Source: Candidatus Iainarchaeum sp. (lineage in GTDB: Archaea > Iainarchaeota > Iainarchaeia > Iainarchaeales > DTGL01). Taken from it: DNA of 64,000 nucleotides. The translations under genes and the position numbers were made by a program. The stretch covers positions 21,002 through 85,001 of the forward strand of contig JAOAJX010000003.1 in assembly GCA_026413945.1 (NCBI GenBank), in the 5' to 3' direction. Positions within the stretch are counted from its first letter, which is position 1. The number at the start of each line of letters is the position of its first letter. Below, one piece after another: positions 19,016-29,087 of the stretch. Below the pieces are notes generated by a model. That model made no database searches and was not told where the DNA came from. It saw only the letters and a list, made by a program, of their open reading frames with translations.

Positions 19016-19701
19016 TGCTAGCCGTGATTCTCGCAGGTGGCAAAGGCATTCGCATGATGCCTTTAACCAAGGACAAACCAAAGGCTATGATTGCCTTTAA
19101 AGGCAAGCCGATCCTTGAGCATCTTCTGGATGCATTGGTTTTTGCTGGCATTAATAGTTTTGTTATTGTTGTTGGCTATAAGAAGGAAAAAATAATTGGG
19201 TATTTCGGCAACAAATATAAAGGCATACCAATAAGGTATGTTGCGCAAAAAAAGCCTCTTGGTACTGCTCACGCCCTTCTTCAAGCAAAGAAGTTGGCTG
19301 AAGATAAAGAAAATTTTATTGTTTGCAATGCTGATGTCATTCCTTCAGTGAATGACATAAAGAGAATGTTGATAGCCAAGAGTAAAAATATATTGGCTAT
19401 AAGGCAAGAAGATCATCCTGAGAATTTTGGCGTTGTTAGTTTTAATGGAAACAAAGTGGTTTCTATAGCTGAAAAACCAAAGGAAGCAAAAAGCCCTTCT
19501 TATGTAAATGTTGGCCTCTATAAATTTTCACCAGAAATCTTCGAGATTATCCCCAAGCTTAAAAAGAGCAGGCGCAATGAATATGAGCTTACAGATGCGC
19601 TTAAGGAACTCATTGCAAGAAAAAAGCTTAAATGCTTGAAGATGAAAAATAGGGTTATAGATATAAGCAAAATAGAAGATTTGAATAAATGGGGTGTGTG
19701 A
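19015..19701 (+). CDS. Sugar-1-phosphate nucleotidyltransferase (RmlA/GlmU N-domain only)
   Basis: AVILAGGKGIRMMPLT..KPK, PLGTAHA, EKP, SRRNEYELTDA. Confidence 0.9.
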   Translation: MLAVILAGGKGIRMMPLTKDKPKAMIAFKGKPILEHLLDALVFAGINSFVIVVGYKKEKIIGYFGNKYKGIPIRYVAQKKPLGTAHALLQAKKLAEDKENFIVCNADVIPSVNDIKRMLIAKSKNILAIRQEDHPENFGVVSFNGNKVVSIAEKPKEAKSPSYVNVGLYKFSPEIFEIIPKLKKSRRNEYELTDALKELIARKKLKCLKMKNRVIDISKIEDLNKWGV

Positions 19702-19717
19702 ATTAAAAATCGCTTTT

Positions 19718-22700
19718 TTAATTTGCTCCTGTACCTGTTCTGCGATGCCAAAACCTCAAATAATCTTTGTTTCTTATCTTGTGTTCTAATGCTTTAAGCT
19801 TTCTTTCAGCAGCCTCATATTTCTCCTTAAACTCTCTTTCTGACAGATGCCTCTTGAAATACTCTGCCTTCGTCTTCTTCATAAAGGCAACAATGCTTTG
19901 CTTTTCAGCAACAAGCTTTGCTTTAGCGTCTTTAATCTTGAATGCAACTCTTGTAACCAAATAAAAGCCAATGGCAATGAGAAGCACAGCCAAAAGCAAA
20001 GAACCAATCTCAAAGGCACCAGGAACCCAGCTAAGCTTCACAAATAATTCTCCCGAGCCTTTAAGTGGTGACTCAATGCTGACAACAATATTGTGGGCAT
20101 TAAAGTCAAGAGGTCTTTCAAGCTCGGCAACATAAAGACCGTTATCTCTTCTAAAAACAGCATCTCTCTGCACACCATCAATGGTGATTTTTCCCTTAAG
20201 TTCGCTCCAACCTATTTTGGCACCGTCGGCATATGAAACTTCAATAACTATTTTCTCAGGTCTAAAGCTAAAGCCCGAGTTCTGCTTGCTCGGGCTTATA
20301 AAGTCAATCTTTAAAGTAGAAACAACATGGAACCTATGCGTGAGCAAATCAACCGCATTTCTATCATTTGCATAAGCGTAAAACTCACAGTCAAGCACAT
20401 TCCCAGAGAAATCAGCAGGCAGCAAAATAACATAAGAATGCAAATCATTGTCTTGGTCATATTTCATGATCTCATCAATGGTGCTTTTGCTGTTAGAGCA
20501 CTTTATGCTTATTGTGCCTTTCAAATATTTTGCTGAACCAATCTTTAGAATTATTTTCTCTTCTCTTAGCAAATAGAGCTTTTCAGGCAAGGCAAATGGC
20601 TCAATATAAAAGTCGGGGTTTCTTGGCTCAACCTTAATCGGAACAATATCATTTGCTTCATTTCCAAATACATCATTGCCAAAAACATGAATGCTTAAGC
20701 CGTTTATATCCTTAAAAGAAACCTTATGGTTAATTTCAACAGAGGCAGAGTTTCTGAAAAGGTTAAAATCAAGAACTTTAGAAAAGGAACTTCCAACAAG
20801 CTTTGCCCTCAAATAGCTTATTGGATACTCTGCCTTGGAGCCTTCAATTGCAAATGCTAATGCGCCATTGGCAATAGAATCACCAATATAAAATGTCTTT
20901 CTGCCAAAGCCACTCACTGTTTTTAGCTTGCAAGGCTCAAACCTAACAAGAAAAACCCTGCTGTAATGCTTCGGCCTTCCATTTTCAGGGACAATTAGCT
21001 TCAAAGAAATAAATTCAGCATTTTTGACAGCGCATTTCTGTGGAACAAATGTAGCAGTTACTATTCCATCTTTTAATACTCCGCCTATATTTTGGCTTCC
21101 GAAGTAAACATTAGCATAAGAACCTTTTAGCTCATTGCCATTTGCATCTCTTAAGCTAATCTTTATCTGAAACTTATCGCTCTTGTTTAAAACACCTTTG
21201 GGCTCCAAAAGCACAAAAGAGATAAGAGATTTTCGAACATTAATAGAAACAACCTTATCGCCTATGATTTCATTGCTGACAGGCTCATACAATGAAAGCT
21301 TTACTTCAAATTCACCCTCCTTCGCAAAAGAATAGTAGGCTTCAATCTGCTTTACTCCCAAAAAGCCTTTTTCAGAGTCTTCAATAAAACCATCCACAGC
21401 AACCCCATCTCCAAAATCCCATACATAGCGCTTTCCAGAGCCACCGACAATTGTTGCAACAAATTTCAACAGCTCTCCTTCTTCTACGGAATAAGTGTAA
21501 GGTTCAATAGTCTCATCTGGCATCACCTTAAATACCTCAATCTTCACAATGCTAGGCTTTGCTGACGAAAGCGTATAAAACTCTCCCGAAAGCCCAGCGC
21601 TTTCCTTTCCTGATGAGCATTTTATCTCAAACACGTATCTTTTGTTTGGCTCAAGCCCAAGCAAGTTAGTTTCATGCATGAGCCCAGCCTTCGAATTCGC
21701 CATTGCTATGCTCAAAGCCATGTCAATTCCATAGGAAAACTGGCAATTTGCCTCAATGCTAGTAGACCAGCTAATAAGCGCAGAGTCATAGCTGCTCCAA
21801 ACATTCTGGAGCTTAATGCCGAGCAAAGAGCCAATCGTTGAGAATTCACCATCAAATGAAATAGTTTTTCCAAACGCAGAAGCAACTATCTTATAATAAT
21901 ATGTAGTTCCTGAATCAAGCTTTGAAAGCAAAATATCATGCAATAAACCAGAGCTCTTCACTGAGCTTCCTAAAGAGCCTTTGGCAGTGCCATAATAAAG
22001 CATAACCTCCGCATTTGTGCCTGTTTCAAATGCAATCTTTGCCGAATTCTGTGTAATATCCTTAACTTTGACATTTCTTATTGCAAAGATCTGATCTGCA
22101 TTTGAAACAGTAAACCTGATAAACTTTCCAAGCTCTTCATTGCCAGCATTATCAACAGAATAAAATCCAATCTCATGTGTGCCTTCTGCAGAGATAACAA
22201 TCTTCTCAGAATAGACACGAACGCTGCTGCCATCAACAGAATACCTTATTTCCTTGCAACCAGAGCCCTCATCAGTGCATGAAAGCGTAATCTCTGCTTT
22301 TCCCTGAACAATGCTTCCACTGCTAGGACCTAAATAAGAAGTGGTTGGGGCTTTACCGTCAACTCTAAGAAACACAGCGCCAACATTACCTTTGTTATTA
22401 GCAGAATCCTCAGAATAATACCTTATGTAAAAGGAGCATATGAATTCGGGGCAATCATTCGCTCTAATAGAAAAATAGTTTCCTCTTTTTTCAGGAGTGC
22501 AAGTATTGGCCTTATCATAACAATAATAAGTAGCAGCGCAGCCAGACTCGTCTACACAACTAAGCTCCACACCCACCGGAATTTTATACCATAGTGAGGG
22601 ATTTATGTTTATTGTAGTGATTGGCGGATTTTTGTCAGTATTAGCGCCACCTGAAGGGCGAGTATTAGTGTCTCGCGTGGTAGTGCCTGGAGTGGGAGTA

Positions 22701-22909
22701 ACTTGGCCAGTGTCGGCCCTACCTGAAGGGGGGCTATTAGGATCTTGCGTGTTATTTGTACCTCCCCTAGGGCCATCTTGGCCAGTATCGCCACACCCCG
22801 CAGGACCACAATTAGCATTAACTAGTCTAAAAATGTTTGGCTCGAAAATAAGCGTTAAAAACAGCATCACAAAAAAAATTTTCCAGAGCTTTCCCGAACA
22901 AATAAACAT
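19718..22909 (-). CDS. Large surface protein: Ig-like/fn3/PKD domains, C-terminal TM and coiled coil
   Basis: Signal peptide, G/P/T linker, YSVDNAGNEE Ig-like repeats, two fn3-like units, YVWDFGDG, TM, YFKRHLSEREFKEKY tail. Confidence 0.78.
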   Translation of the reverse strand: MFICSGKLWKIFFVMLFLTLIFEPNIFRLVNANCGPAGCGDTGQDGPRGGTNNTQDPNSPPSGRADTGQVTPTPGTTTRDTNTRPSGGANTDKNPPITTININPSLWYKIPVGVELSCVDESGCAATYYCYDKANTCTPEKRGNYFSIRANDCPEFICSFYIRYYSEDSANNKGNVGAVFLRVDGKAPTTSYLGPSSGSIVQGKAEITLSCTDEGSGCKEIRYSVDGSSVRVYSEKIVISAEGTHEIGFYSVDNAGNEELGKFIRFTVSNADQIFAIRNVKVKDITQNSAKIAFETGTNAEVMLYYGTAKGSLGSSVKSSGLLHDILLSKLDSGTTYYYKIVASAFGKTISFDGEFSTIGSLLGIKLQNVWSSYDSALISWSTSIEANCQFSYGIDMALSIAMANSKAGLMHETNLLGLEPNKRYVFEIKCSSGKESAGLSGEFYTLSSAKPSIVKIEVFKVMPDETIEPYTYSVEEGELLKFVATIVGGSGKRYVWDFGDGVAVDGFIEDSEKGFLGVKQIEAYYSFAKEGEFEVKLSLYEPVSNEIIGDKVVSINVRKSLISFVLLEPKGVLNKSDKFQIKISLRDANGNELKGSYANVYFGSQNIGGVLKDGIVTATFVPQKCAVKNAEFISLKLIVPENGRPKHYSRVFLVRFEPCKLKTVSGFGRKTFYIGDSIANGALAFAIEGSKAEYPISYLRAKLVGSSFSKVLDFNLFRNSASVEINHKVSFKDINGLSIHVFGNDVFGNEANDIVPIKVEPRNPDFYIEPFALPEKLYLLREEKIILKIGSAKYLKGTISIKCSNSKSTIDEIMKYDQDNDLHSYVILLPADFSGNVLDCEFYAYANDRNAVDLLTHRFHVVSTLKIDFISPSKQNSGFSFRPEKIVIEVSYADGAKIGWSELKGKITIDGVQRDAVFRRDNGLYVAELERPLDFNAHNIVVSIESPLKGSGELFVKLSWVPGAFEIGSLLLAVLLIAIGFYLVTRVAFKIKDAKAKLVAEKQSIVAFMKKTKAEYFKRHLSEREFKEKYEAAERKLKALEHKIRNKDYLRFWHRRTGTGAN

Positions 22910-23170
22910 AAAAAAATTAAATCTTTTCAGGTTTATAATACTTTTCTCTTCTTTTATGCTAAATTTGATTTGCTTAATAATAAGGATTTTTGTTTTTTTT
23001 CAATTAAAGAAAAAAGGACCTTATTTGTTTTTATGTTGTGTTGGCCAAAGATTACCCGGCATAGAATACATATATTGCTTTGTTAGACTTTTTAAATCAA
23101 AAAACTAAACTTTTTAGGTGGATAGTAAGCATATTTAAGAGTTTCTATATAAACTATATATAGTGATCAG

Positions 23171-24556
23171 ATGAAGTCTACCATCTTTTTTCATATGTGC
23201 CTTTTTTTAATATTTGTTAGTCTCTTAAACAATGTTGCCTCTCAGTCAACCGCTCCTTGCAGAAGCGATTGGGACTGCAGGAGCTTAGAATATTTTGTAA
23301 AATTAGATAAGAATCTATGCATAGGTGACAGAAAGTTCTATGATATGCGCACTGATCCTCTACTCCCGTGGGCACCATCAGCTATTCAGGACTTAATCGG
23401 CAAAAGGTACACAATGTATATACAAGTAGGTTATATAGTGCCTTACGTATGTAACATAACGAAAGGGATCTGTGAAATGGGCCAAATAAAAATTTTTGAT
23501 GAGTCTCTCATAGGAAAAACTTACTTCGGTTGTAAGTATGGTTGTCTAGACACCCCTGTTGAAAAAAGTGGCAAAGTGTGGTCTAACTTCTGCGTGTGTA
23601 TGCCGGGGCAAGGCAGAACTTTTTGTGATCCGGAAAAGAGTCGGCACATCTATTATGAACAGCATTTGTGGAATTGTGAAAAGGAAATTGATATCGCAAC
23701 CAGATGTGCTATTGGTTCACAATGTGGTAGAACTCCGACTGGTGGTTTTACTTGCACAGAGATAAAAGGAATTGATCCAATGAAAAGTGATGACCCAAGA
23801 CTTTATAACTTAATTGTTCCAGAGAATTTGTCTAGCGGACCAATAAAGGTTGCTATAATAAAAAATAATCAAATTATTGCAGAAAAACCAATAAGTGAAC
23901 TAAGCGCTTTAGAATATATCAGCAAATATGGCCCATTAGATAGCTCACAAGCATACGCATTTGCCCAGCAAACAGGCTTAACAAGCATTGCAGAAAACTC
24001 TGCAAACTATGGTTCAATCAGCACATCAACAAGCAGCATGGGCAATACAGCGAATGTTAGCTCAAGCAGCTCCTCATCTGGCTCAAGTTGGCTCTCTAAA
24101 ATAGCTTCTTTCTTCGGCTTCGGAAGAAAAAGCACAAATACAGCAAGCTCAACAGCAAGCCAATACGCTAACACCTACTCAACTTCTTACTCAACCACAT
24201 CATCTTATGCAAACACTTACTCAGCAACAAGCACATATAGTTCTTACCCGAGAACATATTCTGCTTACACAACTAATTACTCTAACTATGCAACCAGCTA
24301 CACAGGCAATTATGGTTATTCTGCTTACTCTACTACATATCCAACATATTACTCAAGCTACTCAGCACCAAGTTACTCAGCCACAACTTACTCCACTTAT
24401 TCACCCTATAAAACTTACTCTTACCCAAGCTATAATTATTCTAATTACGCAAGCACTTACTCAAACTACAGTTATCCCAGTTATAGTTACTCTTACAGCA
24501 ACTATAGTAACCCATACCTGAAATATTCTTACAATAGCTACTCTTATCCTAGCTAA
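23171..24556 (+). CDS. Secreted Cys-rich protein with Tyr/Ser/Thr low-complexity tail
   Basis: Signal peptide, Cys-rich N-half, poly-Ser, about 140-aa SY-rich C-terminus. Confidence 0.75.
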   Translation: MKSTIFFHMCLFLIFVSLLNNVASQSTAPCRSDWDCRSLEYFVKLDKNLCIGDRKFYDMRTDPLLPWAPSAIQDLIGKRYTMYIQVGYIVPYVCNITKGICEMGQIKIFDESLIGKTYFGCKYGCLDTPVEKSGKVWSNFCVCMPGQGRTFCDPEKSRHIYYEQHLWNCEKEIDIATRCAIGSQCGRTPTGGFTCTEIKGIDPMKSDDPRLYNLIVPENLSSGPIKVAIIKNNQIIAEKPISELSALEYISKYGPLDSSQAYAFAQQTGLTSIAENSANYGSISTSTSSMGNTANVSSSSSSSGSSWLSKIASFFGFGRKSTNTASSTASQYANTYSTSYSTTSSYANTYSATSTYSSYPRTYSAYTTNYSNYATSYTGNYGYSAYSTTYPTYYSSYSAPSYSATTYSTYSPYKTYSYPSYNYSNYASTYSNYSYPSYSYSYSNYSNPYLKYSYNSYSYPS

Positions 24557-24598
24557 AGCAAGAATAAAACCAGTTTTCAAAAACTTTTTATCTTTTTA

Positions 24599-25282
24599 TT
24601 ATAATTTTATAGTTTCGCCAAACTTTAGGTTTTTTGCCTTTGAATTAACTACGCTGTCTTCAATTTTCTCCTTGAATTCTTTTGGTGAGGCCTTAATAAA
24701 ATCAAATGTGTTATAGTGCATAGGAATAGCTATGTCCGGCTCAATAGTTTTGACGAGCCTCACTGCATCTACTACATCAAGCGTCATTTGGCCGCCAATG
24801 GGCAAAATCAAAACATCTGCCTTTATCTTGTTGAATGAATCCATCAAGAATGTATCGCCCATATGAACAATCGTAGTATCTGGTGATTCTATTTTGAATC
24901 CCAATGGGTAAAAGGAGTTGGGGTGGTGCACATGAAATGCTTCTATGCTTATATCATCTAAAATAATCTTTTTGCTTGGAGCTATTGCTTGTTTGCAGGT
25001 AAGCGGCGCTTTTATTTCATTGAGCAAACTGTCGTGCGCAACGATTTTGCAGTTTTTATTTCCAACAACGCTTTCTATAAAGTCCTTATCGAAGTGATCA
25101 AAATGCTCGTGTGAGATAAGTATTATATCAACGTTCTTTAAAGTTTTCTCAGAGATTGGGCATTTTGTTTTTGCATTTATCTTTATTCCTTTAGGTATGT
25201 TAAAAAAAGGGTCTATAAGAATTTTACGATCTGAACAACTAAGTTCGAAGAATGAATGGTGAAGATATCTCAGCCGAATCAT
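24599..25282 (-). CDS. Metallo-beta-lactamase fold hydrolase (UPF0173-like)
   Basis: LIDPF, SHEHFDH, HMGDT, LPIGG, PMHYNTF; start ATG 25282 (track 25330). Confidence 0.9.
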   Translation of the reverse strand: MIRLRYLHHSFFELSCSDRKILIDPFFNIPKGIKINAKTKCPISEKTLKNVDIILISHEHFDHFDKDFIESVVGNKNCKIVAHDSLLNEIKAPLTCKQAIAPSKKIILDDISIEAFHVHHPNSFYPLGFKIESPDTTIVHMGDTFLMDSFNKIKADVLILPIGGQMTLDVVDAVRLVKTIEPDIAIPMHYNTFDFIKASPKEFKEKIEDSVVNSKAKNLKFGETIKL

Positions 25283-25404
25283 TGGTACCAAAACATAGAA
25301 AGAAAAAAGGATTTTTAAGTTTGTCGCCAAAAAAAGCGGAAAATACCTGAAAAAACCCCATTATCCGAAAGTATTATAATTTTAGGATCAGTTATTATAA
25401 TATT

Positions 25405-26223
25405 ATGCGCGCACTCGCAGCTGTCTTTTTAAGCGCTTTTCTGATAATGCCTTTCGCGATCAGCGCATCTGTGCTCCGTTATTCTGTTGGAGATCACTAT
25501 ATTTCAGTAAATCTTGACGAGGAAGGCAATGCAAAAATTACAGAACGTTTTTACTTGGCTTTTAAGACTCAAGAAGATATTGATGCCTTTACAGCAAAAA
25601 AGACTTTGCTTGGAAATGATATCAGTGAGTGGCGTAAGTTTGACCCGAATTTCACATTCCATATCGGCGGCGAGTCTTATGTTAAAAAAGAAAGTGTTTC
25701 TGTTTTTCTGAACAAGGAACAGCAGGACCATGTTCTAGAGATTTACTATGAGCTAAAAAACAAAGCTGTTGGCATTGTTTCAGAGGAAAGCAGAATCATA
25801 ACATATAAAACAAGCAATTGGATTTTCAATCCTTTCATTAAGGGGGCTGATTATGTAATTCCAGAAGGCACTTTCATAACTATAAACCTTCCAAGGGATG
25901 CTGAAATAATTGAAAGTGATGAAATATTCAAATATGCGCTAGTTGAGAAATCCCCCCCAAAAGTGAAGCTTCAAGGCCTTATTTCAACAGGAAATTTAAG
26001 CTTTAGATATGTTGTGATTAAAGGAATTGCACCACAAATAAGCGTTTCCATATTCGTAAAAGGCCTAGCCGATATTATAAAGGAAAACGCATATATTTTT
26101 GGCTCTTTTGTAATAGCACTATTGGTGATTTCTTACCTGCTAAAAGATAAAATAAGCAATTCACTAATTGGTTTTCTGGTTAAGTATACTGATTTCTCGA
26201 CAGATGAGGCCGAGCAAGACTAA
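25405..26223 (+). CDS. Hypothetical exported protein with C-terminal TM
   Basis: Signal peptide, TM near the C-terminus, acidic tail. Confidence 0.65.
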   Translation: MRALAAVFLSAFLIMPFAISASVLRYSVGDHYISVNLDEEGNAKITERFYLAFKTQEDIDAFTAKKTLLGNDISEWRKFDPNFTFHIGGESYVKKESVSVFLNKEQQDHVLEIYYELKNKAVGIVSEESRIITYKTSNWIFNPFIKGADYVIPEGTFITINLPRDAEIIESDEIFKYALVEKSPPKVKLQGLISTGNLSFRYVVIKGIAPQISVSIFVKGLADIIKENAYIFGSFVIALLVISYLLKDKISNSLIGFLVKYTDFSTDEAEQD

Positions 26224-26231
26224 ATCTTGTC

Positions 26232-26744
26232 TTAATTATGTTCACTAAGTTTCACTCTGCGTGAACTAAGCCTTATTCCACAATCAGGGCACTCATTGTT
26301 TCGTTGCTTTTCAAAGAATTTTTTTTTGCAAACAGGACAAAACCTTTCAAAAGAGATGCTTTCCTTAATTTTTCCTTGCACCGGTGCCAAATATTCAACA
26401 CTTTCAGTAAGCAGAAAATTTTGTATTGAATAGTCATCGGTTACAACGAGAAATTGCTTACCTTCGTTTTTAAACTGCAGCGCCAGAGCAATTACGCTAA
26501 GGTCTGCTTTGCTTAACCTTTCAAATCCATGCCTTTTTGCCATTTTCTCCGCATCTTTAATGTATTTGTGCTTTGGCCTGTAAACTCTGAGTATCTTCAT
26601 TTTAAGGGCATTTTCAGCCAAAGCCTTTACCTCAAAACTCTTCAACTCGTGCAGAACCTCTAATGTACACGCATACTTATCTTTTTTCGAAAAAGAAAAA
26701 TACGGGTTATTTATAATTGCAGAAGCATCTAAAAGATAAAGCAA
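26232..26744 (-). CDS. nob1: Nob1 rRNA-processing PIN endonuclease with Zn ribbon
   Basis: LLDASAII, LSKADLSVIALA, TDDYSIQN, CPVC..CPDCG. Confidence 0.92.
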   Translation of the reverse strand: MLYLLDASAIINNPYFSFSKKDKYACTLEVLHELKSFEVKALAENALKMKILRVYRPKHKYIKDAEKMAKRHGFERLSKADLSVIALALQFKNEGKQFLVVTDDYSIQNFLLTESVEYLAPVQGKIKESISFERFCPVCKKKFFEKQRNNECPDCGIRLSSRRVKLSEHN

Positions 26745-26761
26745 ATCAATGCACCATATTT

Positions 26762-28009
26762 TTAACTGCTAAAAACTAAAACTTTGCCACGCGAAAGCTT
26801 GAATTTTTCAGAGCTTTTCTTTTCGTTTTCATTTTTCTCAAATTTTATTGTATTCCTTTTTGGATCAACTTCCACAATCTTTCCAAGCCATTTTCCAGAA
26901 GTATCATAAGCAGGCAAACCTATCATGATTTTTGTTGCCTTTCTTGTAATGTCTAAAACATCAGCCAACTTAAAAGCTATGAGCAAGAGAACAAAACAAG
27001 CCATTATTGATAGAAGCATAAAATTAAGGTCTTCATTTCCAGCTATGACCAAAGTTGCTGCGTCCGCAATTATCCAGACTACTAGCACAGATGCGATATA
27101 TAGTGTGTCCATTCTAAGCATGTATGCTTTTTTGAGATGTAAGTGATCCGCAATTCTACCCAAGCCAACGCAAATAGCAGCTATAGCAAAGAAAAGATAA
27201 GAGCCTTGAACAGCTTTTAAGTACTTGCCGCTATCAAAGAATGCAATTGGGTCAGAAATTGCTGCCTGGGCTATAGTATATATGCCCAGAATAGCTATTA
27301 CCAAGCTTCCAAGATAAAAAAGAAAAGATGTTCTTTGCGGAGATAAACTTCTGATAAGTTCCCTGTTCCACTTTGCAATCTTTACTTCTATGCCAAGCCC
27401 TTTCATAACTAAATAAATGCCAACGATGAAGAAAACACCTCTAATAAATAGGCCTTCAATTTCAAGCGCCAGAGTTATTGCATAGAATAAAAATATTAGG
27501 CCAGGTATGCCAAACACAATTCTTGCAATATACGGGTCGCTTAAGGCCTCTTTTATTGTATAGTATGCTGACTCAACTTGCTTTGCCTGCTTAACGATAA
27601 CAACTTCCTTTGAAATTATTTTTGAGCGCGAATTAAGTATTGGAATAACCTGATCATCTTCGGCCCCATCTGTTACCAATATAATGCCTTCAAAGGAATA
27701 TTGTTTCTCAAGCTCATCAAGCTGCTCATTTAGCTTCTGATCTGATTTAATGCCAGATTTACCGTGACCTGTTATTGTCACAACCTCAAGATTTTCAAAG
27801 TCTTTTTTAATTTCATCATACATTTTTACAGCTGCAAAGATGCAATTTGCATCACTCTCAGTTGGATCTGCAAGAAGAAGCTTCTGTGCAGCTTCTATAT
27901 TTTTATCTCTGCCTATGACAGGCCCTTCCACGCGTGCCTTTCTTCCTAAGTCATTGTCTCGGTCAACACAGAGAATGATTGTAGAAGGTTTCTTTGACAT
28001 TACCACCAC
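26762..28009 (-). CDS. DUF373 family membrane protein with C-terminal PRC-barrel-like domain
   Basis: LCVDRDNDLG, DPTESDAN, VTDGAEDD, VVKQ-like IVKQ; C-terminal IGLPAYDTSGKWLGKIVEVD. Confidence 0.88.
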   Translation of the reverse strand: MVVMSKKPSTIILCVDRDNDLGRKARVEGPVIGRDKNIEAAQKLLLADPTESDANCIFAAVKMYDEIKKDFENLEVVTITGHGKSGIKSDQKLNEQLDELEKQYSFEGIILVTDGAEDDQVIPILNSRSKIISKEVVIVKQAKQVESAYYTIKEALSDPYIARIVFGIPGLIFLFYAITLALEIEGLFIRGVFFIVGIYLVMKGLGIEVKIAKWNRELIRSLSPQRTSFLFYLGSLVIAILGIYTIAQAAISDPIAFFDSGKYLKAVQGSYLFFAIAAICVGLGRIADHLHLKKAYMLRMDTLYIASVLVVWIIADAATLVIAGNEDLNFMLLSIMACFVLLLIAFKLADVLDITRKATKIMIGLPAYDTSGKWLGKIVEVDPKRNTIKFEKNENEKKSSEKFKLSRGKVLVFSS

Positions 28010-28105
28010 ATTAACTCCTTAATTTTTAAAGATTACTTATTTAAACATTCCACTTCTAAAATAATAGTAGGTGCACTATTATTTATTTTTTGCCCCCGTG
28101 ATATT

Positions 28106-29080
28106 ATGGAAGGGAAAGAACGAAAAAAAGAGCGTTCTTATGCTTTAATTGCGTTTATTCTGCTTTTAGCCTTCATAATATATGCTAACAGAACTTCCTT
28201 AAGCGAATATTATCATGAGTTTCCCTGGCTTTTTGTTGTTTTATTTGTGCTTTTCTTGTTTTTTATGGCAGGCCTATTCGGGAAAGCTTTGATAGAGCTT
28301 AGGGAATACGAGCGTGCCGTGATACTTAGATTTGGTAAGTTCAATAGGGTTGGGGGCCCAGGCTGGACATTGGTGTTGCCTTTTATAGAGTCTCACATAC
28401 TAGTTGACCTTAGGACAAAAACTCTAGATGTTGAAAAGCAAGATGTCATAACGAAGGACTCTATAGAGGTAAAGATCGACGCAGTTATCTATTTGCGTGT
28501 TAAGAAAGACAAAGAAAGTGTTGCAAAATCAGTTCTTGAAGTTCAAAACCTAGAGCAAGCTTCACGCACATATATAATGGCTGCGCTCCGTGATGTCATC
28601 GGAGCAATGGATTGTGCAGATCTAATCTCAAACATAGAAGCAGTGAACACCTATCTGCATGAAACGCTATCTGAAATAACAAAGCAATGGGGGGTTGAGG
28701 TTGTGGCAGTGCAGATAAAAGACCTAGATTTACCAGAACCGATACTAAAGGCAATGCATGAGCAAAAAGCAGCAGTGCAAGAAAAACTCGCTAGGCAGCA
28801 ACGCGCAGAAGCACAAAAGATTGAAGTTGAAACAATAAATCAGGCTGCATGCAGACTTAACGAAAATGTTCTTAACTACCTCTATATAAAAGCCTTAGAA
28901 AAGATTTCTGATGGGCAAAGCACAAAAATTTTCTTCCCAGTGCAATTCACGGAGCTTGCACAGGCAATTTCAAACAGCATCGGCTCGAAAAACTCTAACA
29001 TTGAGCCCCTGCTGAAAAAGGCAATTCAGCTTAATCTGGAGAAAGCAATAAAAAAGGCAAAAAGAAAAGGCAAAAAGTAA
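28106..29080 (+). CDS. SPFH/band 7 (stomatin-like) protein
   Basis: EYERAVILRFGK, VDLRT, QDVITKD, WGVEVVAVQIKD. Confidence 0.93.
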   Translation: MEGKERKKERSYALIAFILLLAFIIYANRTSLSEYYHEFPWLFVVLFVLFLFFMAGLFGKALIELREYERAVILRFGKFNRVGGPGWTLVLPFIESHILVDLRTKTLDVEKQDVITKDSIEVKIDAVIYLRVKKDKESVAKSVLEVQNLEQASRTYIMAALRDVIGAMDCADLISNIEAVNTYLHETLSEITKQWGVEVVAVQIKDLDLPEPILKAMHEQKAAVQEKLARQQRAEAQKIEVETINQAACRLNENVLNYLYIKALEKISDGQSTKIFFPVQFTELAQAISNSIGSKNSNIEPLLKKAIQLNLEKAIKKAKRKGKK

Positions 29081-29087
29081 GTATAAA

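Noticed and set aside
22640-22800. GC-richer patch with short direct repeats (CTTGGCCAGT, ACCTGAAGG)
   Set aside because: Encodes the G/P/T linker (DTGQ and PSG repeats) of the surface protein; not a separate element
22605-23108. 167-aa plus-strand ORF
   Set aside because: Antisense to the surface-protein start and running into the AT-rich divergent promoter region
24160-24556. TACTC/TTAC-rich repetitive DNA as a CRISPR or satellite array
   Set aside because: No fixed repeat-spacer period; explained by Tyr/Ser codons
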